Shown: piece by piece, positions 35,050 to 42,876 of the stretch
How the letters are laid out: each line of letters begins with the position of its first letter
Numbering within the stretch: the stretch's first letter is position 1
Source: Gemmatimonadales bacterium
GTDB lineage: Bacteria > Gemmatimonadota > Gemmatimonadetes > Gemmatimonadales > GWC2-71-9
Assembly (NCBI GenBank): GCA_036443495.1
Contig: JAZFYL010000006.1
Location: 1-43,285 of the forward strand
Reading direction: 5' to 3'
Length of the DNA stretch: 43,285 nt
Made by a program: the position numbers and the translations under genes
The notes under the pieces: generated by a model
Databases searched by the model: none
What the model saw: only the letters and a program-made list of their open reading frames with translations
What the model was told of the DNA's origin: nothing

Positions 35050-36930
35050 CTAGACCAAGGCCGCGGCGTCGAGAATGAGCGCCGGTGTGCCATCCGCCAG
35101 GATAGTAGCCCCGCTGAAATAGGGTGGCATTCCCCGGGGCGGATCGAACGGCTCCACCACAATTTCCATCTGTCCCAGCAGGGCGTCAACAAGAAGCGCG
35201 GAGCGCCGCTCCCCGACCTCCAGGATCACACACGGCCGGCGGTCCGGCACATGATTGCCCTTCTGGCCCACCACGGTCCGTAGATCGGCGGTGCTCAGGA
35301 CCTCGTCCCGCAAGACGACCGAATCCCGGTCATGGACCTCGGCGCGGGTCTGCTCGTTGTACTCGACCGTTTCGGCCACGAAGGCCATCGGTAAGACGTA
35401 CCGCTCATCGCCCGCCTGGGCCAGCAATGCCCTAAAGATAACGAGCGTCAGGGGCAGCCGGAGAACGAAAGTCGTGCCTTGCCCCAACTCGGACTGAATA
35501 GCCACGGAGCCGCCCAGGCCGCGGAGCTTCGTCAGCACGACGTCGATACCCACGCCACGCCCCGACACACTGGTCACCGCCTTGGCAGTGCTGAACCCGG
35601 AACGGCCGAGCACCTGGAGCAGGAGGTCGTCGTCCAATGCTTCGACGTCGTCGGGCACCGCTCCGGCATCCCGTGCCTTGGCCAAAACAGCCCCCCGGTC
35701 GATGCCCCGACCGTCGTCCTCGATCCGGAATACAACGCTGTCACGCTCGCGCATACAGCTGATGGTCAACCGCCCCTCTGCCGGTTTGCCTGCCGCGGCA
35801 CGTTCCTCACTCGACTCGATGCCGTGATCGACAGCGTTTCGCAACAGGTGAAGGACGGGATCGCCGATCTCATCCAGCAGGGAACGGTCGACCTCGATGT
35901 CGCCACCCTCCACGGTCAGGGTCACGCGCTTGCCCAGCTCCCTGGCGAGATCACGCACCGCCCGCGGGAACCGGTCGAACACCTGCCAGACCGGAGTCAT
36001 CCTGGCACCGATGACCTCGGTCTGAATGTCTGTGACCAGACGGTTGATCCGGGTACTCAGACCGGCGATTTCGCTTTCGGGATCCTTGGCCGTGAGTTCG
36101 ATCAACCGATTCCTGGCGACCACCAATTCGCCGACGTGGTTCATCAGCAGGTCCAGGCGCCGCCGATCGATACGGATCATGTTGTGGGCGCGCCGAACGG
36201 CCTCCTCGCCGGCGGTGGGCCCTCGGCCCCGGGCGTCGTCACCGATGACGACTTGGTCGACATCGCCAGCCGATCGAATGGCCTCCTCCACCGCACTGTC
36301 GGGCCGGGTGGTCTCCAGCCAAAAAGAAATCGTCCCGGCAAACCCCTCGTGCTCGAGGGTCTCCCTGGATGGCTCCAGGTCGTCGACTATGCCCAGTTTC
36401 TCGACCTGGGCCAGGACGATCATGGCCCGGACCCCGGGCATGGCGGCGGCCCCATCGATGGTGACCCGCACGGGTCGGCTCTTGGCGCTGCGACTCCGTT
36501 TGCGATCTGGTGGGCCACCCGGCGATGCCGGTAGGGGCATCTCGGCGGTCCCGGGAGCCGGCACGATGGCATCGAGTCGCTGCCCCACGTCGCTGAAGTC
36601 GAGGGACTCGTCGTTCCCCGCAGCGGCCGGTTCTACGCCCCCATCCAGGCCGTCAACCGCTTCGGTCAGGATATCCACCAGGGCGGTGTTTGGCGGCAGC
36701 GCCCCACTCCGCACCTGCTCGAGCACGTTCTCCGCGCGGTGGGCCAAGTCGGTGATGTGGGCGTACCCCATCATCGCGGCCATACTCTTGATGGTGTGCA
36801 TGGCCCGGAACAAGGCGTTTAGGGCATCCGGGTCGGCTGGATTCCGTTCTAGTTGAGCCAGATGCTGGTTGCAGGTCCCGAGATGTTCCCGGCTTTCACT
36901 GAGGAAGAGTGCTGCGTACCGGGCGTCCAT
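35050..36930 (-). CDS. cheA: Chemotaxis histidine kinase CheA
   Basis: Hpt 'LFRAMHTIKSMAAMMG'. Dimerisation region 'IRIDRRRLDLLMNHVGELVVARNRL'. HATPase 'LLRNAVDHGIE', 'DDGRGID', 'SGRGVGIDVV'. C-terminal CheW-like 'ALLAQAGDERYVLPMAFV'. Confidence 0.93.
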   Translation of the reverse strand: MDARYAALFLSESREHLGTCNQHLAQLERNPADPDALNALFRAMHTIKSMAAMMGYAHITDLAHRAENVLEQVRSGALPPNTALVDILTEAVDGLDGGVEPAAAGNDESLDFSDVGQRLDAIVPAPGTAEMPLPASPGGPPDRKRSRSAKSRPVRVTIDGAAAMPGVRAMIVLAQVEKLGIVDDLEPSRETLEHEGFAGTISFWLETTRPDSAVEEAIRSAGDVDQVVIGDDARGRGPTAGEEAVRRAHNMIRIDRRRLDLLMNHVGELVVARNRLIELTAKDPESEIAGLSTRINRLVTDIQTEVIGARMTPVWQVFDRFPRAVRDLARELGKRVTLTVEGGDIEVDRSLLDEIGDPVLHLLRNAVDHGIESSEERAAAGKPAEGRLTISCMRERDSVVFRIEDDGRGIDRGAVLAKARDAGAVPDDVEALDDDLLLQVLGRSGFSTAKAVTSVSGRGVGIDVVLTKLRGLGGSVAIQSELGQGTTFVLRLPLTLVIFRALLAQAGDERYVLPMAFVAETVEYNEQTRAEVHDRDSVVLRDEVLSTADLRTVVGQKGNHVPDRRPCVILEVGERRSALLVDALLGQMEIVVEPFDPPRGMPPYFSGATILADGTPALILDAAALV

Positions 36931-36934
36931 GGAG

Positions 36935-37297
36935 TTATCCGAGCACGCGCTGGACGGCCTCGAGGACTCGGGACGGCTGGAAGGGCTTGACGACGAAGTC
37001 CTTGGCGCCGGCTTGAATGGCCTCCACGACGAGGGCCTGCTGCCCCATCGCGCTGCACATGAGGACCTTGGCCTCGGGATCCTTTTGGCAGATCTCGCGT
37101 ACCGCCTCGATGCCTCCCATATCGGGCATCACGATGTCCATGGTCACGAGGTCGGGCTTGAGTTGATCGTAGCGTTCAACCGCTTCCACGCCGGTTTCGG
37201 CCTCGCCGATGATTTCGAATCCCGCTTGGGTGAGGATGTCGCTGATCATGGTTCGCATGAAGATGGCATCATCGCACACGAGCACGGTGTGACTCAC
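36935..37297 (-). CDS. cheY: Single-domain response regulator CheY
   Basis: 'VLVCDDAIFMR', 'LVTMDIVMPDMGG', 'VLMCSAMG', 'DFVVKPF'. GTG start with GGAGG 7 nt upstream. Confidence 0.92.
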   Translation of the reverse strand: MSHTVLVCDDAIFMRTMISDILTQAGFEIIGEAETGVEAVERYDQLKPDLVTMDIVMPDMGGIEAVREICQKDPEAKVLMCSAMGQQALVVEAIQAGAKDFVVKPFQPSRVLEAVQRVLG

Positions 37298-37348
37298 GAA
37301 GCGTCCTCCAACAATTCAGGCGAGCAGTTCTACGGGGACCTACTGACC

Positions 37349-37786
37349 TCAGGTTCCCATAATGGGCCGCAGCAACTCTTCGAGATCGAGGATCACGAAC
37401 GGGGCTTCCTGATGCCAACCCATCGCCTTCACGATGCGGGCATCGACTCCCGGAAGCGCCTCCCGATTCTCCACCTCGGCCAACGGGACAGCTACCAGAT
37501 CGACGACACGCCCCACGAGCAGGCCGCAACGCCGATCGAACACCTCCAATACCACCACAGCGCCTTCGTGAGCCGGATTCGGCTCCAGATCCAGCAGCCG
37601 GTGCGCGTCCACCACCGTAAGTAGCGCGCCTCGGATATTAACCAAGCCGTCAACAGAGGGTGGCGCGCCAGGCAGGCGGGTGGCCGGCATCGGTGACAGC
37701 ACCTCTCGCGTCACTTCGGCCGGCACGGCGCAGACCAAGCTACCAATTTCACAAACGAGGACCCGCTCCGCAGCTACACTAGGCAT
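37349..37786 (-). CDS. cheW: CheW coupling protein
   Basis: Start taken at the ATG at 37786 (MPSVAAERVLVCEIGSLVCAVPAEVTREV). 'VDGLVNIRGALLTVVDAHRLL', 'CGLLVGRVVDLV'. Overlaps the rluD stop by 8 nt. The alternative start at 37831 is less likely. Confidence 0.8.
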   Translation of the reverse strand: MPSVAAERVLVCEIGSLVCAVPAEVTREVLSPMPATRLPGAPPSVDGLVNIRGALLTVVDAHRLLDLEPNPAHEGAVVVLEVFDRRCGLLVGRVVDLVAVPLAEVENREALPGVDARIVKAMGWHQEAPFVILDLEELLRPIMGT

Positions 37787-38786
37787 GTCTATTAAAGAAC
37801 CGAAGATACCGAAGGGGCTCCTGTGGGGCAACTCGATCCGGTGGAGTCAGCGACGATTCGAGCGCCGGCCAAAGATCGCCGGGCCACTCGGCACGAAAAT
37901 CCAGCAAGGCGTCGGTCACCGGGTGCCGAAACTCCAGACGCGCTGCGTGCAAAGCCTGGCGGGGCGTCCGACGCTCGATCGTCTCCGCTTGCCGCCTCCC
38001 GACCCCCGACATTCGCCGGCTCCCGCCGGCACCATAGACCGGATCTCCCACCACCGGATGCCCGACATGGGCCAGGTGGACGCGGATTTGGTGTGTCCGA
38101 CCCGTATCGAGCTCGATCCGGAGCAACTCGGTGACCGTGAACCGCGCCACGACCGCAATCCGCGTCCGTGCCTCCCGCCCGTCAACCGCAACCACCATGC
38201 GCTTCCGATCCCTCGTATGGCGCGCAATGGGCGCGTCGACGAGCAGCGCCTCGGTGTCGAAGTGCCCCCACGTTAGCGCCGCGTAGGTCCGTCTGATGCG
38301 ACGGTCGCTCAGGGCGCGGGACAGTCGACGGTGGGCAATATCCGTCTTGGCCACCAACATCAGGCCAGAGGTGTCCCGATCCAGTCGGTGAACGATGCCC
38401 GGACGGCCCTCTGCCCCACCCGCCAATGTCGTCCCGCGTGCCACCAGGGCGTTGACCAAGGTGTCATCCCAGTGGCCCGGGGCCGGATGGACCACCAGTC
38501 CGGCAGGTTTTTCGATGACGGCCAGATCGTCATCTTCGTAGACGACGGTCAGCGGGATGTCCGCCGGGGCCAGAGTCCGTGGCGGATCGACTTCCGGGTA
38601 GGTCAGGCTGACCTGATCGCCCCGCTGCAACACACGGGACGCCCGTGCCGTCGTGCCGTTCACTGCGACATGCTTGCCAGCGATCAGGCGAGCCGCCGCC
38701 GTTCGCGACAAAGCGAGCTGATCGGCCAGATAGCGATCGAGCCGCTCTGAGTCAGCCAGGACGGTGAATTCCACCGCGTGGACCAC
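37779..38786 (-). CDS. rluD: 23S rRNA pseudouridine synthase, RluD family
   Basis: S4 domain 'RLDRYLADQLALSRTAAARLI', catalytic 'HRLDRDTSGLMLVAK', 'GRTHQIRVHLA'. Start proposed at the GTG at 38786, just after the lspA stop. 38774 is an alternative. Confidence 0.85.
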   Translation of the reverse strand: MVHAVEFTVLADSERLDRYLADQLALSRTAAARLIAGKHVAVNGTTARASRVLQRGDQVSLTYPEVDPPRTLAPADIPLTVVYEDDDLAVIEKPAGLVVHPAPGHWDDTLVNALVARGTTLAGGAEGRPGIVHRLDRDTSGLMLVAKTDIAHRRLSRALSDRRIRRTYAALTWGHFDTEALLVDAPIARHTRDRKRMVVAVDGREARTRIAVVARFTVTELLRIELDTGRTHQIRVHLAHVGHPVVGDPVYGAGGSRRMSGVGRRQAETIERRTPRQALHAARLEFRHPVTDALLDFRAEWPGDLWPALESSLTPPDRVAPQEPLRYLRFFNRHA

Positions 38787-38803
38787 GGCTCGGTCGGCCT
38801 GTG

Positions 38804-39313
38804 TTAGGGGACCGAAGGCGATTCGCTGCGGCTCGTTCCGGTGTCCTCCCGCCACAACGAAATCGCCAAAGCGATAGCGCCCAGGCTGACGGCGATGTCG
38901 GCCACATTGAAGGTGGGCCAACGCATCGTGCCAATGCCGAAGTCGAGGAAGTCGACGACGCCTTGGGGGCTGCGGAGGCGATCGATGAGGTTCCCCGCGG
39001 CGCCCCCGGTCACCAGGCCCAGCGCCAATTGTCGGAACCAGTCCCCGGCAGGAGCACTACGGGACATGCGATATAACACCACCACCGCAACGATCGCGAT
39101 CGCAAAGAAGATCCAACGCGAATAGGGGCCTACGTGGAGCCCGAACGCCGCACCCGGGTTGTAGACCAGCCGGAGTTGCACGTACTCCCCCACTATCCGG
39201 CTACCTGTCGTCCGCAACAGAGTCGCTTCTGCGACCAGTTTCGTGGCGAAGTCTACCAGAACGACACTCAACGCTGTCGCCCAATACAGGCTGCGCTCAG
39301 CGTCGCTCGTCAT
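38804..39313 (-). CDS. lspA: Lipoprotein signal peptidase II
   Basis: Starts at the ATG at 39313 (MTSDAERSLYW). 'YNPGAAFG', 'GGAAGNLIDR', 'PTFNVADIAV'. Confidence 0.88.
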   Translation of the reverse strand: MTSDAERSLYWATALSVVLVDFATKLVAEATLLRTTGSRIVGEYVQLRLVYNPGAAFGLHVGPYSRWIFFAIAIVAVVVLYRMSRSAPAGDWFRQLALGLVTGGAAGNLIDRLRSPQGVVDFLDFGIGTMRWPTFNVADIAVSLGAIALAISLWREDTGTSRSESPSVP

Positions 39314-39680
39314 CCTCTTCCTGTTCCTTGCAGGTGATGCACAAGCGGGCGTGGGGCAAGGCGTCCAGCCGCTCGAAGGTGATCCCCTTATTGCAGTTGT
39401 GGCACTTCCCGAAGGTTGCCGGGCTGGCGTAGAGCCGCCGGAGCGCCTGGTCCACGTGCCACAGGTAGCGACCCTCTTTCGAGGCCATGAGGAACTGCTT
39501 CTCCCGTTCCATGGCATCGGTACCCTGATCAGCCATATGGAACGAGTATGACGACAGGTCGCCGTCGGATGCCTGGAGCGTGGACGAGAAGGATTCGCTG
39601 TAGGTGCCGAGTTCCTTCATGACCCTATCCCTCTCCTCGAGAAGACGTTTCTCCAGGTGTGTCCGTTGTTTCTTGTTCAT
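39297..39680 (-). CDS. DksA/TraR-family C4 zinc-finger protein
   Basis: N-terminal coiled coil 'LEKRLLEERDRVMKEL' and C-terminal 'CHNCNKGITFERLDALPHARLCITC' (CxxC-N17-CxxC). Confidence 0.8.
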   Translation of the reverse strand: MNKKQRTHLEKRLLEERDRVMKELGTYSESFSSTLQASDGDLSSYSFHMADQGTDAMEREKQFLMASKEGRYLWHVDQALRRLYASPATFGKCHNCNKGITFERLDALPHARLCITCKEQEEDDERR

Positions 39681-39716
39681 ACGTTCATCCGTTGGTGGGG
39701 TCCGCTAGGGACCTCG

Positions 39717-42700
39717 CTATTCGTATCGTCGCAGGCCTACTGTCACCATGGCCCCATCGATGCCGACCTCTTCCTGCAGGTCCGGGTCCTCGGCCAGCTG
39801 GCCCAAGTCCAGGCGCCGGGCCAAGGTCTCCCCCGAGACGAACTCCCGGTGGGCATCTACGGCACTCAGCACATTTTCAGCCCCATCGAGGCTGAGAGCA
39901 ATCCGCGTAGTGTAATCGTACCCCGCCTGTTTCCGCAGGCGCTGAATCCGATGGACCACCTCCCGCGCGACGCCCTCCTGCTTGAGGACATCGCTCAGGT
40001 CTGGGTCGAGGGCGGCGACAAATGGCCCGCTCGACTGGACGTGCCACTCGCTGGCCACGTCCCGCTCGACCACCACATCCTCGGGAAGATACTCGATTCG
40101 CTCACCATCCACCTCCAGACCAGCCGGGCGCCCCTCCTCCAGGTCCCGCAGCTGGTCGGCTGACAATCGACTCGTCGCCTTGGCGACGGCCGGGGTCTGT
40201 TTGCCGTACCGCTTCCCCAGAGACCGGTAATTCGGCTTGGCGCGGAGGCGCACGAGCGCGGCATCGGACTCGACCAATTCGATGGCCTTGACGTTCACTT
40301 CCCGCTGGATCAAGGGGAACAGTTGCCGGAAGGTGTCCCGCGGCACGCTGGCGGGCACCGCGACTTGCATCCGCGCCACGGGCTGCCTCACGCGCAGATT
40401 GGCCTCCTCCCGTCCGGCCCGTGCCAGCGACGACACCTGCCGGGCGGCGTCCATCGCTGACTCCAATTGTTCGTCCCGTGGCCCTCCCGGCTCCGGGAAT
40501 GGGGCGAGGTGCACCGACCCACCGGTCAGGGATCGATGAATCCAGTCGCTCGCGAACGGTGCCGCCGGCGCCAACAGCCTGCTTACCGTCACCAGCGCCC
40601 GGTACAAAGCATCCAGCGCTACCGGGTCCGCGGTGGAGTCCGGCGCCCAGAAACGTTGCCGGTTCACGCGCACGTACCAATTCGAAAGATCGTCGACCAC
40701 GAATTCCATCAGCGCCCGGATACCAGCGGTAACATCATAGGCCGACCAGGTCTCGTACACTCGGTCGATCGTCGCTTGGAGCCGGCTTTCGAGCCAACGG
40801 TCGATCAAGGTACGATCGCCCGGGCGCTCCCCCGGCTGCCACTCTCCGGCATACAGGGCGAAGAACCGATACGTGTTCTTCAAGGTGTCGAAAAAGCCGC
40901 CCGCCACCTCCGGAATGGCCCGCATGTCGAATCGCTTGGGCAACCACACCTGGCTCGAGGCCAACAAGTATACGCGGACGGTATCGGCACCGAAGCGTTC
41001 GATAGTATCCCAGGGATCAACGACGTTGCCCCTGCTCTTCGACATCTTCTGGCCTTCGGCGTCGAGCACGAGTTCGTTGACCACCACGTTCCGATAGGCC
41101 TCGCTGTCGAACGCCGTGGTGGCGATGGCCAGGAGCGAGTAGAACCACCCGCGAGTCTGATCTACGCCCTCGCAGATGAAATCCGCAGGGAAGTGCTGCT
41201 CGAACTGCTCGGCATTCTCAAAGGGATAGTGCCACTGGGCGTAGGGCATCGCCCCGGAGTCGAACCAGGTATCGATCACTTCTGGCGTACGGCGCATGGT
41301 GCCACCGCAGTCACAAGCCCACGTGTAGTCATCGATGTATGGTTTGTGGGGATCGAAATCACCGGGTAACGGCCGACCCCATCGGTCCTGCAACTCCTGA
41401 TAACTGGCGATGACGGTGACGTGGTCCGGCTCTGCATCGCAGACCCACACGGGCAGCGGCGTCCCCCAGTAGCGGTCACGGGACAGCGCCCAATCTACGT
41501 TGTTCTCCAGCCACTCACCGAACCGGCCTCGTCCGACCTCGGGCGGATGCCACCCCACGGTGTCATTGAGCGCCAACATGCGATCCTTGACGGAGGAGGT
41601 TCGCACGAACCACGAGTCGCGCGCGAAGTAGATGAGCGGACTCCGGCAGCGCCAGCAGTGTGGGTAGGTGTGTGTGTGCGGGCGAGTCAGATGCCAACGG
41701 CCATCCTGCTTGAGCCGCTGGATGATGCGATCGTTGGTCTCCTTGGCGGTGACGAGTTCGCCTTCGATCTCTTGCCAATCGGTTCCTTGGAAGGTGCCGT
41801 CGGCAGCCACCGGACGGATCATGGCCAAACCATGTTCCCGACCCGCGGCGTGGTCGTCGGCGCCGAAGGCCGGCGCGATGTGCACCATCCCCGAACCGTC
41901 ATCCGCCGAGACGAATGGGGCGGCGATGACCACACGCGAGGCTGCGTCTACGGGCAAGGCGGAGATCTCGAGCGGCCGCACATAGGTCTGCCCCACCAGT
42001 TCACGCCCGGGGAAGGTGCGAAGGGGCTCGTGGTCGGCGAACGACGCGGCACCCTTCGCTGCCGACACGGGCAGGTCCGCGCGGGCCGTCGCCAGGATGT
42101 ACTTCGTGCCATCGATGTCGTATTCGCCGTATTCGAGGTCGGGATTCACCGCGACGGCCACGTTGGAAACCAGCGTCCATGGCGTCGTGGTCCACACCAC
42201 CAGGACCCGCGTGGGATCATCGGCGAGGGGGAAAGTGACGTAGATGGAATTCGTGGTGACGGTCTCGTAGCCCAGCGCCAGTTCGTGGCTCGACAGCACG
42301 GTGCCACACCGGGGACAGTAGGGCAGCACCCGGTGCCCACGATAAAGGAGGCCCTTGTCGTACAGTTGCCCAAGCACCCACCAGACGCTCTCGATGTACT
42401 CGTTGGTGCAGGTGATGTAGGGGCTGTCGTAATCGAGCCAATAGCCAATTCGATCCGAAAGGCGCTCCCATTCGGACTGGTACTTGAACACGCTCTCCCG
42501 GCAGAGCGCGTTGAACTCCGCCACACCGTACGATTCGATGCCGCGCTTGTCTTTCAAGTCGAGTTGCTTCTCGACCTCGATCTCCACCGGCAAACCGTGG
42601 GCGTCCCATCCGGCGATCCGGGTGACATCTCGACCCTGCATCGTCTGAAACCGGCAGAAATGATCCTTGATGGCGCGCGAAAAGACGTGGTGGATTCCCG

Positions 42701-42860
42701 GCCGGCCATTGGCGGTCGGGGGACCTTCGTAGAACACGAAGGGTTCCCCGCCCCTCGTGGCTTCCATCGTCTGGCGGAACAGCCCTTCCGATTGCCACCG
42801 CTCGAGCACGGTTTGTTCGAGGGCGCTCGCGTCACCTTCGGGCCAACTGGGAAAGCTCAT
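39717..42860 (-). CDS. ileS: Isoleucyl-tRNA synthetase (long form, probably type 2)
   Basis: HIGH region 'PPTANGRPGIHHVFSR', 'KMSKSRGN', editing-domain 'TTPWTL'. Length 1047 aa. Confidence 0.95.
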   Translation of the reverse strand: MSFPSWPEGDASALEQTVLERWQSEGLFRQTMEATRGGEPFVFYEGPPTANGRPGIHHVFSRAIKDHFCRFQTMQGRDVTRIAGWDAHGLPVEIEVEKQLDLKDKRGIESYGVAEFNALCRESVFKYQSEWERLSDRIGYWLDYDSPYITCTNEYIESVWWVLGQLYDKGLLYRGHRVLPYCPRCGTVLSSHELALGYETVTTNSIYVTFPLADDPTRVLVVWTTTPWTLVSNVAVAVNPDLEYGEYDIDGTKYILATARADLPVSAAKGAASFADHEPLRTFPGRELVGQTYVRPLEISALPVDAASRVVIAAPFVSADDGSGMVHIAPAFGADDHAAGREHGLAMIRPVAADGTFQGTDWQEIEGELVTAKETNDRIIQRLKQDGRWHLTRPHTHTYPHCWRCRSPLIYFARDSWFVRTSSVKDRMLALNDTVGWHPPEVGRGRFGEWLENNVDWALSRDRYWGTPLPVWVCDAEPDHVTVIASYQELQDRWGRPLPGDFDPHKPYIDDYTWACDCGGTMRRTPEVIDTWFDSGAMPYAQWHYPFENAEQFEQHFPADFICEGVDQTRGWFYSLLAIATTAFDSEAYRNVVVNELVLDAEGQKMSKSRGNVVDPWDTIERFGADTVRVYLLASSQVWLPKRFDMRAIPEVAGGFFDTLKNTYRFFALYAGEWQPGERPGDRTLIDRWLESRLQATIDRVYETWSAYDVTAGIRALMEFVVDDLSNWYVRVNRQRFWAPDSTADPVALDALYRALVTVSRLLAPAAPFASDWIHRSLTGGSVHLAPFPEPGGPRDEQLESAMDAARQVSSLARAGREEANLRVRQPVARMQVAVPASVPRDTFRQLFPLIQREVNVKAIELVESDAALVRLRAKPNYRSLGKRYGKQTPAVAKATSRLSADQLRDLEEGRPAGLEVDGERIEYLPEDVVVERDVASEWHVQSSGPFVAALDPDLSDVLKQEGVAREVVHRIQRLRKQAGYDYTTRIALSLDGAENVLSAVDAHREFVSGETLARRLDLGQLAEDPDLQEEVGIDGAMVTVGLRRYE

Positions 42861-42876
42861 CGCTGTTCGATCTTCC

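Noticed and set aside
20526-37831. A hidden MCP (methyl-accepting chemotaxis protein) among the cluster ORFs.
   Set aside because: None of the translated products shows the conserved signalling-hairpin core (E..NLLALNAAIEAARAGE-like) or HAMP heptads. The coiled-coil N-terminus of the 20526-21392 protein is too short and is followed by TPR.
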